DNA of 64,000 nt, taken from the NCBI RefSeq assembly GCF_036588685.1, contig NC_086376.1:36208001-36272000 (forward strand), read 5' to 3'. Both the position numbers and the translations under genes were made by a program. Every line of letters begins with the position of its first letter. Position 1 is the first letter of the stretch. Below are positions 37,201 to 49,721 of the stretch, in pieces. Below the pieces are notes generated by a model, which was given only the letters and a program-made list of their open reading frames with translations, was not told where the DNA came from and did no database searches. The stretch is from Mytilus trossulus. Its lineage: Eukaryota.

Positions 37201-40200
37201 ACTGCCAGATTTTTTTAAATTTTCTGGTGTATTTACCAAATTTATAATTTGATCTAAAAATAGAATAACTTAACACAGTTCGCAGGTGTGTGGCCACAAG
37301 ACATAAACGGGCTTTGCAAAATACAAAAAAGTCAAACATATTCTTAAATGGTGACAGAAACTAGAAGCATTCAATTTCCATTTTTTCAATATCCAGGGGG
37401 CAAACTCGTGTTTGATTCCCAGTATATACTATATACTGAGTCATTTTAACGGTGTATTTAACATTGCCATAAAGCGCTAGGTTTGGCTTGCCACGTAAGA
37501 AGGTTTTTACCCACCATTTTGTTCTTAAAATGTCCTGTACAAAGTCGGGAATATGACAGTTCGTTTCTCTTTATGTTGCACTGTCGTTTGTTTTTGTTGC
37601 TCTTTAGTGTTTCTGTTTTTTCGTTGTTTATCTCTTATAGTTGATGATAAATAAACTCATCATAGATATCATTGATGTGTTTCTCTCGGTTTTAGATTGT
37701 AACCCAAATTTATTTGATCTCAATTGATTTATGACTTTTGAACATATTATACGTAAACTACTGTTGTATCTATTCATCATGACCATGACTGATGTTAACT
37801 AATCTTTTATATATTTCAATTCTCCGGGTTTTTTTTTTATTGTTTAAATGTTCTTGGCTATGCGTGACCCGCCTTGACATATCCAGGCCTATAGGGGGTA
37901 TAACACTATTAACTATGAATGAGTTTGTTTCTATAAGTCTTGATGCGTTTTAGTATTAAAGTGGAATATGATTTCAAGATTTTAAGTCTTAGAAACATGA
38001 TTTTTTTCATACTTGTTTTTGACTTTAAACTAGCTTTTTAGTAAAATAAAAAATGTAAACAAATAGTTATAAATTTTATGAATCCCAGGCGCTCTTCTGA
38101 ATTTATCTTCGTCAAAACACGCAAGGCCAAACAATTAAAACCAAAGGATTACAAGAACCGAAATAGTTGCAGAGCTATATAACAAAAAAGGACCTACAAA
38201 TAGTCAAATCTTTTTACATATCAAAGGGCAACCTTATTTGAAGAAGTTCAAACATTTGTTTTTAATATTTTATAAATTTTTAAATAACTTATTTTAGAAA
38301 GGTTTGTGGCATCTAGTAGTCGGCACTTAGGTGTTGAAATGAATATTAAATACGTGGTCATTTATATTAATTTTCTGTTTACAGAACTTTGAAATTTTGT
38401 TAAAACTAAGGCTTTTCTTTTCGCAGGCATAGACAATCTTAGTCGTATTTGGCACAACTTATTGGAATTGTTTATCCTCAATGCTCTTCAACTTTGTATT
38501 TGTTTGGATTTATAACTTTTTCATATGAGTGTCTCTGATGAGTCTTATTTTGAGACTAGCGAAGCTCGAATTCCCATATGAAATTTACTGACCCCATTTA
38601 TAACGTATACGTCACTAGCAATTTATTTTTACTTTGTAACGAATTTATCTTACCGACTATCTTAACGTGTGAAATTTAGACTAGTGACCTATCAAAATGA
38701 GCAGGTCTTCAAAACTGTTAGCATTAAGAAACTACTGTCATTGATTCTACAAAAAAGATGCAAGCAAATAACAACTTAAATGTGTTTTATGAACTTATTT
38801 CGATTTTAATCATCAATTTCTTCGTCTGTTCAAACCTTTTTTTTCTCAGTACCGTTTTGTTTTGTAAAAGGGACACAACACCACTACTAACCGTGAATGA
38901 AATAATTCCCGCCTCCCTTTTAACCTAATATGGAATATAAAGAGACGTAACTCCACTACTAACCGTGATTGAAATAAACCCCGCCTCCCTTTTAACCTAA
39001 TATGGAATATAAAGAGACGTAACTCCACTACTAACCGTGTATGAAATAGGTTTCGCCTTCATACTAACTTAGTATGAAATATACACGGCCTCCACTTGAA
39101 CGCTTATTAACAATCATATTCCTAGAAATGAATAGGAGGTAAGATAATGTTAATTTTTTTATCTTTGCTAATATGCTTTGTCGATACATGTAAATCACGT
39201 GGCTCTGTACTTATACATCACGTCATTGTGTTATTGTGCAATGCTATTGTACATATTTGTTTGTTTTAATAGGAATCATTTTTTGACATTTTTGTCTATT
39301 CTGTCTGTTTCTTTTGTTCCCACATCGTTTTTCATATAATGGATTGTTATACAACTGTTATGCAAGTGAGAGGTTTAAATAGCTATACAACCAGGTTCAA
39401 TCCACCATTTTCTACTTTAAAAAATTCTAGTATCAAGTCAGGAATATGACAGTTGTTATTCATTCGTTTGATGTGTTTGAGATTTTGTTTACCCATTTGA
39501 TTACAGAATTTTTTGAATTTTCCACGGAGTTCAGTTTTTTTGTGATTTTACTTTTTACATGTGAGTATTGGGATCCTACGCACATGGTCGCATAGGCATA
39601 TTTGGCAGAGACACATATAATCTGTATATGGCCAGAACATTTGAGTATTTATCTAACCTCCTAAACGTTTCTAGACATATCATTGGTTTAAAGCGACTGC
39701 GTGCAGATCTTATACATTTCATATGGGGTTAGTAGGTGTGGTTTATTTAAATACAAGGGTTGTAATTGTGCTACACGCCTTTGTAAAAACAACACGACTT
39801 TAATGGAAAAATTGAAACGTTTCACCCGTACAACAGATGAAGAAATTGATGATAGACGATTGATATGAATTAAAAAAAATACCGGTATATCATTAAAGGC
39901 TAACCAGTTGTTAATGTTAGCCTTTTTGGTACAGACCAATGGAAGTAGGTTCTTAATTCTAAGTATTGAAGACTTAACTAATCACTATCATATGCCTTAG
40001 TCTTAATATCACATGTTGAAATGGTTAGTAAGATAAATTCGTTACACTACATGTACTGGTGACCTGATATACATGGAGTCAGTATATTCCATATGGTATA
40101 TTTTCTGACCTCATATACTAGTAAATCTTTAATAGGTCACTATCACACTATGTAACTTATAGTACTCGTTTGGTTATTATCGGGACGGACCGTATGAGTA

Positions 40201-41560
40201 TTTCTACCATAAAAGTATTTTTCGAATAAATTGTAACTTCCTTCGCAGGTAGACAAAAAGTTCGTTCTCCTAATCAAAATTGACTCAAGTAACAAAATAA
40301 AATATGTACGCTTTTGCAACTCGAAACCAAAACCAATATTCTTTTAGAAATAAACTTAGTATCTTTAGACCAGTTTTGTCTTTCATATGCATGTCTAATT
40401 AGTGATATACTTCATCTTGGTGAATAAAAAGTATGAAGTTATGGTATAAATGCCAATAAAACAACAATCAACCCAAGTTCAAACGAAGTAGATGCATATA
40501 TGTAAGCAATGATTATATGCAACCATACGGATTTCGACAAAAAAACCTATACCGTATAGTCGGGTATAAAAGGCTCCGACACGTTGTTCAATGAACTTTA
40601 ATGTAGACTAGTAAGTATGTCTTCTTGCCATTAAGTATCTTAAAATTGAGAATGGAAATGGGGAACGTGTCAAAGAGACAACAACCTGACCAAAGAAAAA
40701 AAAAACAACAGCAGAAGGTCACCAACAGGTCTTCAATGTAGCGAGAAATTCCCGCACCTGGAGGTGTCCTTCAGCTGGCCTCTAAACAAATATATACTAG
40801 TTCAGTGAAAGATCTTTGTAAAGATACTTGCATCAACATTAATCATTGTTATTGTAATTTAAGAATGGAATAAAAGACGTTCACTTAAATATAAAGCTGA
40901 AACAGCTATGTAAATATTTGAACGTTTTTGACATTTATTTTTCGAGATCAATTTTTCAATTCTATTCTTTAATTGAAATGTTTTTTAGTTTTTTTTATCT
41001 ACATCGATGAAATTGAATTTGATTTTTGGTACACTGTAAACTAAATAAATATAAGGTGTTAACTTTTATCAATACAGCATATGTAAAGAATTGACTTAAA
41101 TCAATTTACTTAAAAGATAAAATAGTATCTAAACAATCTGTTGAACTTGACAATTGATTGGCAATATCATTAAATTACAAGTATTACCACTTAAAGAAAT
41201 TTCCTGCGATAGATACTATATGACTTATACAATTTTTTTTTTTTTTTTTTAAATTTATTTTTAAGATTTAATATTTGGTTCTTCCAGGTTGTTTATCAAT
41301 GAAAAGTGAAATAATGTTAACGATGGTACCTCATCAGAATCGCTTTCAAATGTAATAAAAAATTCTTCGAAATCTGAAGCTTTATTGGGGTCATCGGAGG
41401 ATGCTATTGAAGGTTCTGTATGTATTGATGGCTGTGGAGTATTTTCTACAGACTCTGGGCTCTCTTCCCTCTCCTCCTCGACAGGTTCAGGCTCAACAAC
41501 GACAGGTTCAGGCTCAACAATCTCAGGAACATCTGATTTTGAAGAACATTCAGCTCCCAT
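31261..41560 (-). CDS. KY/hillarin/ltd-1-like protein, paralog 2 (6 coding exons, ~697 aa, C-terminally shortened)
   Basis: Exons 41560-41330, 37111-36929, 35881-35646, 34648-33517, 33104-32936, 31403-31261. All introns are GT-AG with the same phases as paralog 1. Exon 3 (236 nt) and exon 5 (169 nt) equal paralog 1 in length. TAA occurs inside exon 6. Confidence 0.85.
31560..31752 (+). repeat. Interspersed repeat family R6 (...caggaatatgacagttgtt...ggagttc)
   Basis: Related copies at ~39330-39557 (+), ~46075-46310 (-) and ~37460-37600. Confidence 0.65.
35216..35458. repeat. Degenerate ~26-27-bp tandem repeat
   Basis: A ttttacctg...ttttgattc motif recurs about 9 times with heavy divergence. 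Confidence 0.55.
36120..36286 (-). mobile_element. tRNA-derived SINE-like element in a (TA)n tract
   Basis: The minus strand has A-box-like tggtcgtgtgg and B-box-like gtttcgaatcc. Flanked by (TA)n on both sides. Copies at 44843-44973 and 45171-45326. Confidence 0.75.
38881..39050. repeat. 72-bp tandem repeat, ~2.4 copies
   Basis: ccactactaaccgtg starts at 38881, 38953 and 39025. Confidence 0.85.
40641..40808 (-). repeat. Interspersed repeat family R1
   Basis: Reverse complement of the 58129-58293 sequence type. Confidence 0.85.
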
Positions 41561-41658
41561 TGATGCAATAGGAATAAAGCTGCAAATTCCAAATAATACA
41601 AACTGAATTGTGTATTCAATTGGACCAATACTATCAAACAAGAACAATTCCACCTTGA

Positions 41659-42597
41659 TTTTTGTCGAGCCGGCGACTTTTGTCGCAGAAAGCTCGACAT
41701 AGGGATAGTGATACGGGGGCGGCTACGGTGGCGGCGGCGGTGTTAGCTTACTTCTTAAAAGCTTTATATTTTAGAAGGTAGAAGACCTGGATGCTTCATA
41801 CTTTGTATGTGAATGCCTCATGCTACAAAGTTTCCGTCAGTCACATGTCCAATGTCTTTGACCCCATTGTCATGGTTCAGTGACTACTTGAAAAAAATGT
41901 TAAGAATTTTTGTAATGTTAAATTCTCTCTTATTATAAGTTATAGGATAACTATATTTGATATGTGCGTACTTGTAAGGTCCTCATACCCGTCAGACAGT
42001 TTTCACTTGACCTCGACCTCATTTCATGGATCAGTGAACAAGGTTAAGTTTTGGTGGTCAAGTCTATATCTCAGATACTATAAGCAGTAGGTCTAGTATA
42101 TTCGGTGTATGGAAGCATTGTAAGGTGTACATGTCCAACTGACAGGTGTCATCTGACCCTGACCTCATTTTCATGGTTCAGTGGTTATAGTTAAGTTTTT
42201 GTGTTTTGGTCTTTTTTTCTAATACTATATGCAATATGTCAACTTTATTTGGTGTATGGAAATATTTTATGAACTATAGGTCAGTAGCGCAGGTTTTATT
42301 TGACCTTGACCTCATTTTCACGGTTCATTACTCTGTGTTAAGTATTTGTGTTTTAGTCTGTTTTTCTTAAACTATAAGCAATAGGTCAACTATATTTGTT
42401 GTTTGGAAGAATTAGCTGTACATGTCTGCCTGGCATGGTTCATCTGACCTTGACCTCATTTTCATGGTTTAAAGGTCAATTTTTAGTTTACTTGGTTAAT
42501 GTGACAGTTGTAATAAAGCTTTATTTATATTTAGGACTTTCAACATAATATCAATGATTAGAAAAGAAGGCGAGACATTTCAGTGTGTGCACTCTTG
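41659..42597 (+). mobile_element. Helentron-associated interspersed element (HINE) with ~146-bp tandem cores
   Basis: T-run start, gtcgagc...gctcgac inverted repeat, (ggc)n tract. About 5 core repeats carry tgacctcattttcatggttca (~41860, 42015, 42160, 42307, 42451). Ends with ...gtgtgtgcactcttg. Confidence 0.8.
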
Positions 42598-44629
42598 TAT
42601 AAATGAAGGTTGAAGGAAGAAATTATATTTTGCAATTTGTGAAAAAATAGTAAGAGTTGTCCTGTTATAAATTTAATTTGAATTTTTTTTCAGGTACGTA
42701 CATTTTGTTGGTGTCAAATTGTTTTCCCTCCCTAGCCTATTTTTTTATTATTACTTTCGGATTTTTTTAAATTATCAAACACTGTATATCAAACCTCAAC
42801 CAATATACTTTATTGAACAGAGATCTAGAGGATTATGTATAATTGTTGTCCCGCGTTGATATAAATTTAAAATTAATAAAAAAAAATCAACATACGAATC
42901 AATTTATTCTTTAGATTACAGGTTATACATTCTTATGCATATCTTATATATTTAGCTATTCAATACCATATTTGAATTCAGAAAAGCTGTCATATAATGT
43001 CACAATATAACTTTCAGTTTCGGAATCAAGTACAACTTCTCTTAACACGTCAGCATTTGAATAGAAAAAAATCCCGTTTTTTCATTCTTAAGAAAAACAT
43101 TGTTACCATTGAACTTAATATAAAAATATATATATATAAATTTAAAAGTTTAGTCTTGAATTGTAATCATTTAAAAGACAACTCTTTTGACTGGTAATAG
43201 TATATCATTTTCGTTGTTCTATATCTTTATAATACACACCCTGTGTACATACCTGATTATTTTCTCCTTCTTATTCGTTGGTAAATAACTAAAAACTCAC
43301 TCAGTTTATATAAAATTGCGGTTTTTATCCAACGCAATCATAGGTTTGAACGCAGTTTTCAATTTATACTCGTTTATATTTTTTTTTTATATATATACAC
43401 ACATACTGTTGATCGGGTTTTCTCTGAAAATATTACAGTTTTTCTGAATTAATTTAGGAAGTAACATGTTTAATCTGTCAAGTTACTTTTCATGCTCTAA
43501 CACATTTAAATTCATGCATTGTCAACACAAACGGGATTTAAATATAATGTCTCTGTTCGATAATGCAATTTAAAGTTTTTGGACTGCAAATTAAAGCATT
43601 GAGATCATCAAATTCATAAATTACCTTCTTTGTTTCTTTTAAGAATTGATTTACATTTAAATATAGCTTGAAAATTTTATTTAATTGCCCAGAGACCATG
43701 GAACTTGTTTAATCAATACCAGTTGAAGCGTTTAACACTTATAAATACATTAGTATTCTAGTTTCGATATCTTCATTTTATGAAAATCGGGTTTGATTCA
43801 ATATCGTATTTGAAACACGAGTTTGATTTAATATCCTAAAATATCATAAAAAAGTTAGAATCAATTTTGAAAAAAAATATTACAATAGTTTAATAGAATC
43901 GTTAGAAATAACCAAAAGGAATCTGAAAAAACTAGAAACTAAGCTTAATTTTGATTGAAGAATGGTTTTTTTTCTGTGTAAACTTTTTTTTCCGCCTTGG
44001 GCGAAAAACAATCTATTTTTTTAGCGACAAACCGAAAACCATTTCTCAGGGTCCAAAACAAATTATTTTTTTCACCAAAACCTGGAAACAAACTTTTTAT
44101 CTAAAAAAAAACCATAGCCCCCCCCCCCCCCCCCCCCCTAGAAAATCAAATAGTTTCTGCCTAAACGAATATGGCAAACAAACATTTTAACTTCCTCACT
44201 TGGTACAGGCCAGTAGATAATGTAACGGGAATTAACGTATTTGTAAGCGATTGAGATATACTCACATAACACTATAGCAAACATTATCTTATAAATTTCT
44301 AGGAATAGGATTGGCTAAAAGGAACCTCGTGGAGACCGTGTATATTCCACATTGGGTTCAGAGTCGGGGCATTTTCGAATACACGGTAAGTAGAGGTGTT
44401 ATGTTCCTGTATAAAAACAACACGGTTATTAGGAAAATCCCAACGGTTTCAACAGACGAAAAAAAATGATGATAAAAGATTGATTTTTTCTCATAAACCA
44501 AATTTAAAGGTAATGAGTTTTTATTGTTGGCATTTGTTTTCTAAAGGAAATTGAAGATTGATCACTTTGATTTGCCACGAGTCTAGACACCACGTTTTAA
44601 GATAGTCGGTATGAAAAATTTGATGTGGG

Positions 44630-44821
44630 CATGTGTTACCTTTCCACGTCAGTTTTAATCTAGCGGCGTACTACAGTACATGATATATAAGGCATGAAGA
44701 TGTTATTGTTACAGATCAGCTAAATTATCTATAGTAAAGGATCCTACAAATTGATGTGCCTTATATATCATGTACTGTAGTACGCCGCTAGATTAAAACT
44801 GACGTGGAAAGGTAGCACATG
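44630..44821. repeat. Long inverted repeat (65-bp arms, 62-nt loop)
   Basis: 44630-44694 and 44757-44821 are reverse complements with 1 mismatch. Confidence 0.9.
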
Positions 44822-44842
44822 GCCAGCGAAAGCTCTTTTTTG

Positions 44843-44973
44843 AGAGCCCAGGTGGTCGTGTGGTCTAGCGGGACGGCTGCAGTGCAGGCGATTTGGTATC
44901 ACGATATCACAGTAGCATGGGTTCGAATCCCGGCGAGGGAAGAACCAAAAATTTGATGTTTAGACGAGTTGTA
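44843..44973 (+). mobile_element. tRNA-derived SINE-like element (internally deleted)
   Basis: A box tggtcgtgtgg and B box gttcgaatcc, ending in (TA)n. Lacks ~36 bp present in the other two copies. Confidence 0.75.
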
Positions 44974-45170
44974 TATATATATATATATATACGTTGCGTC
45001 ATACTACTAATATTTTACGAACAATGACGTTACGTCATAATACTAATGTGTTCCCCATAACGACGTTCATAACGACTTTTATAGTCTTGAAAAGTCCCAA
45101 GATGGATGAAAGCGCTAGACAATGCTGCTTTTTGTGTATTTAATTTTTAATATATATATATATATATATG

Positions 45171-45326
45171 TACAACTCGTCTAAACATCAACCCAACAAT
45201 GTTAGATCTGTAAATTTGCTCTCGCAAATTTTTGGTTCTTTCCTCGCCGGGATTCGAACCCATGCTACTGTGATATCGTGACACCAAATCGCCTGCACTG
45301 CAGCCGTCCCGCTAGACCACACGACC
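45171..45326 (-). mobile_element. tRNA-derived SINE-like element in a (TA)n tract
   Basis: Near-identical to 36120-36276 and flanked by (TA)n. Confidence 0.75.
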
Positions 45327-46545
45327 TATATATATATATATATAACCATGTTTGTGGTTTACCGTCTTTGCCGCAAGTTGATTGTTTTCTATTTGGAATT
45401 AAATTAATATAAAGATCCACATAGTAACATCTTGTGATCAATTTATTTGGCAATCGTCAATGGCAGTCAGCAGGGTTTAAAAACATAAGTTGTTCGACCT
45501 GTTAGTCAAATGCGGTTTGTTAAAATATACTTTTTTTTCACTTTTTTGGTCTTATAGGAAATTTTGTTTGTGCTGCATTTAGACCCCTCTACAACGAAAT
45601 TTGTTTTACATACACACGTATAAAAATTGCGGCTTTTATCCAACGCAATCATAGGTTTGAACGTTGTTTTCAATTTAGACTGGCATATAAATATGGGTAA
45701 ATTTCATATTGCTCAATATTGAATTTTCTGACCCCATATAAATAGTATTAGGTCACTAGCACACTATGTAGCTGATAACATACAGCTGTTTTATTAGGAC
45801 GGGATTGATAGCAAAAATTGCATTTAAATTTATTCATAAATGTAGTCAATGCTTTAAATTTCGTATTATGAAAAAATAACGTCGAAGCAATTTATTTACA
45901 AGTTTATACATTTTTTTCTGATGAAAATACAAAACATCTTTGAGTCTCAGGAGAAATATACATTTCTAGTGTTTAACAATGAACAATTTAATGTACAATA
46001 CATGTTTATTGTAGAGCCATGTTCTTATTTGATGATGACATATACAATAACACTTTTTACATTTAAGCTATATAAAAAGTAAAATAACTACAACAACAAA
46101 AAAAACCAACTCCATGGAAAATTCAAAACGGAATGTCCGTTAACAAATGACCAAATCAAATGTTCAATTCACACCAAACGAATTGAAACAACTGTTATAT
46201 TCCTTGGTAGAATAATTCTTTATGTAGACAACGGTAGATTTAACCAAGTCGTATAGCTAGTTAAACCTATTACTTGTATGACAGTCGTATAAAATTCCAT
46301 TATATTGACAATGTTTGAGCAATTTTAGACATAATACGTATAACGTTTGTTCATCTTTTCGTTCATACCCTATTACAAGCTATCGGTATGGCCAATGAAA
46401 TATGTACAAATATATTTCCGATCAAAATGTACTGTATTCACCACTTCAAAATATACTGTATTCACTACTCCAAAATGTACTGTATTCATTTATAAAAAAT
46501 CTGCTATTCTCACTATTCAAAATTCAAAACTTGTTCACGATGAAA

Positions 46546-47520
46546 TCACTTTGTTTCGATTAACTTATTCTTGAATAGTTTTTTGAAACATTCGCATATC
46601 ATCTTTCTCATATTTTGACTCATTATTAAGTACACTTCAAAATTTAAGGAAAATCCAAATGTCATTAAAAGATAACTATAAGGTGCAGCAGTCGCTTGAA
46701 AGAAACGAGAAATTAAAAATGAAAATGTACGTTGTAACCACATAAGATAAAAGATCGATTCTGAACAAATAAAGATTATACATATGATAACTATAAGAAG
46801 TGCAGATCGCTTATGTCTTGTTCGAGTAACTGTGTTGCCTTCAAAGGTTTTCCTAAGAATAGTAAGTTTGCAAGATATATAGAGAGTTCCTGTTACCATG
46901 ATAAATATGGCACATGCGTACACAAATGTTACACCCCAAGATGATATTTTTATCCAAAAATCAAGTCGAGTTGAAAATTTAGCACAGCACAATCCGGCTT
47001 GATTAGGATATAAGTACAATGAAGCGTTCAATATTCGAGGAAAATATAGGAACATCGAAATGATAGATGTCACTCCGATACATATGTATGAGAATGAAAT
47101 GTGTATATGCTGTCTACTCCATATAGGAAACGAAATTACACATGCTTTTTGTATACACAGAATAGTTGTTATGACAACTGACATTAAATGGAAGATGTTT
47201 GATGAATATAGACTCACTAAGTAAACTAAACAGAACGGGTACTTCATTTTTCCTTCTGTGAATGTCACTTCAGCAAAAGTGTTAACAGTAAAATCAGGAA
47301 TAAATATTCCAAGAGAAGTTAAGGCATCGGTCAGTGCTAGTGCTGCTAGAAGAATTGATACCGACGACAAATTCCTTTTCTGCAAAAGTATGAAAACAAG
47401 CAGAACATTGACAACAGTGACATATATCGTTATGGTAAAACCAGCGAAAATTATCCAATTATCTGGAAGATGACGAGTTACTCTGCAATTATCCGAAATG
47501 TTGCGAGAAGAATTCATCAT
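46546..47520 (-). CDS. Intronless class A (rhodopsin-like) GPCR, FMRFamide/sex-peptide-receptor-like chemoreceptor type, ~324 aa
   Basis: About seven hydrophobic segments, N-terminal NSS/NIS sequons, TM1 Asn, TM2 LAxxD (LALTD), Cys at the top of TM3, LCIQK at the DRY position, and TM7 NFEVY...S..MR. First ATG at 47520; the ORF track uses an upstream TTG. Confidence 0.85.
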   Translation of the reverse strand: MMNSSRNISDNCRVTRHLPDNWIIFAGFTITIYVTVVNVLLVFILLQKRNLSSVSILLAALALTDALTSLGIFIPDFTVNTFAEVTFTEGKMKYPFCLVYLVSLYSSNIFHLMSVVITTILCIQKACVISFPIWSRQHIHISFSYICIGVTSIISMFLYFPRILNASLYLYPNQAGLCCAKFSTRLDFWIKISSWGVTFVYACAIFIMVTGTLYISCKLTILRKTFEGNTVTRTRHKRSALLIVIICIIFICSESIFYLMWLQRTFSFLISRFFQATAAPYSYLLMTFGFSLNFEVYLIMSQNMRKMICECFKKLFKNKLIETK

Positions 47521-49721
47521 GAGAAAATTATTTTGACGTGCGATAACACTAAGTTTTGTAAACAATTTAAATATATTTTAGGTTTTGTGATAAACGAAAA
47601 AAAAGTCCATTATCTTTCCTCAATCAATAATTGATGATTTTTTTGAACAACCTATATCACGAATAGACATTTTTTTCACTTAGAATAGCAGATTTAATTT
47701 ATACTAATGGAACCTTGGGTAAATGACGAAGAGCTTAATAAACTTAACTGATAGAAGGCAAATATTTATTTTATATAGAAAGCTTTAATGTGAGGACCTT
47801 CCTAACATTATTACGTATGCTGAACGTTTCAGTAGTAATTATAACTGAAAAAGACAGATTATTTTTCATCGTAGAAAAAAATGGATCAGAGATTAAAAAG
47901 GATAATGAAGAATGATACCGAACATTTGAATATATGGAAATACACAATGTGCATATAAGACAGAAGTTTTCAACATTTGCAAAATAGAAGGTCCACCACC
48001 TTAATAGGTTATCAGATTTAAAAATTCCGGAAGATCTTGGTTAAAAGCAAAAGATGTTACCATCATTTAAAAGTCTTGCTTTAAACCATTTCGTTCCGAT
48101 GTTCTAAAGATGACTCGAAATGCAATTTTGATAGATTGACTAATTTTTATTTTTATCAAACATTACCTATTGTAAGAGTGACTATCTTAACTGTAACAAA
48201 AACTGTATTGAAGGAAAAAAGGTTCGTGTAGCAATCAACCATAAACACACATTTTGCTAAACATGTTTAATATGCAATTGATTGTCTTGGGATCCCGTTT
48301 GTAGTAGAGAGGAACCGGTTATATCAAAATTATTGTTGACGTCGCAGTTATCTTCTAGATCGGCGTTTGAACTATTTGTCTATTTCAGTAAATGATAAAA
48401 AGCAATAGCTGAAAATGAAAAAAAAAAACAAACTTATAAGCGTGCAGATCAAGGCAGTTAACGTACATTTCTTTGATAATGAAAAAACACACATTTTTTG
48501 TATCGGGTACGAAGCTGTAGAAAAGCTTGTCTTTCTGTTTCTTTAGCTCATCATACACATAAATGTTATGCTAATATTCAAACATGGCTTCGACCCATAC
48601 TGCTTTAAAATATTATTTATTAGAAAATTTAACAAAAACCAATTCCCAATTTGCAAAAAAATATTCTCAACAGCAATATAAAATAAGTATTGAATCATAT
48701 AATTTGGCATTATGGAAATATATAAAATTTTTCAACAAATCTTTTCAGTAAATCACACAGAATATTAAACACCCAAATTTCAGAAATTTGTGTCCCCCAA
48801 ATGAGTGCAAGAATACAAACCAAAGACTGCTCTGCCATAAATAAATGACAGCGCAAATATTTTTTGTCATACATCAAGAGCAAATGCCAAGGATAGATAA
48901 GCTTCCATTGATTGTGAATATGTGTTTGGCATGTTTGGTGTCTATTGTTTTATGTTAATTGTTATTGGTGCTTCGGACTAATCTATTGAGTTAAGCCATT
49001 TTCAACTTATTTTTTTCAAAGTTTATTTTTATGTTATACTGTTACACTATAGTGACTACTGTCTCAGGTTAGAGAGTTGAGCTTTCACAAAACTAACCCG
49101 TCCCACTATGTCTCCTTCAACATCAACAAATAAACGAGCTAACAAAAAAAAAAAGAAAAAAAAAGCGAAAAAGAGTTACAATACTGTACTTTTACTTGTA
49201 ATAACAATTATACATGTGAACACTTCTGTGCATGCTTCTACTATATAGTTTAAGGCATAAACTAATTAGTTGGATATTGTGAAAACTAAACTCATCATAT
49301 ATACCAGGATTAAGTTTTGTACGCCAGACGCTGGATTTAAAAAAAAACATCGGCCAAATAAAGAATGAAGTCGAAGATCATTGAGGACCCAAACTCCCGA
49401 AAGGATATGCAAAATACAAGCAAGGTAATCTATACCTGGGGTAGAAAATCCTCAATTTTTCAAAATATTCTAAATTTTATAACGATACATGTAAACATAA
49501 TTATGATTAAATCATTGGTAACACAATTTAAGTTTTTTGAAAAAATTGTAATCAATAAAATTTCAAGCCAACTTTGCAGATGAACATTCTATATAAAACG
49601 GTATATTTGATGTCAGTGTATAATATTTAGAATTCAATGTGTTACTGAAACAACACTGCATGAAACGTATGTGACGTAAGTCCTATTCATTAACCAGCAT
49701 CGCAATTGTGTTTTGGAACCA

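Noticed and set aside
41330-41375. FFAT-like motif (DFEEFFITFE) in the paralog 2 linker
   Set aside because: It lacks the D-A core of EFFDAxE and is not conserved in the other paralogs.
44843-44940. Functional tRNA gene
   Set aside because: A/B boxes are present, but no convincing cloverleaf was found by eye. The sequence is multi-copy with a shared non-tRNA tail and TA flanks, so it is SINE-like.
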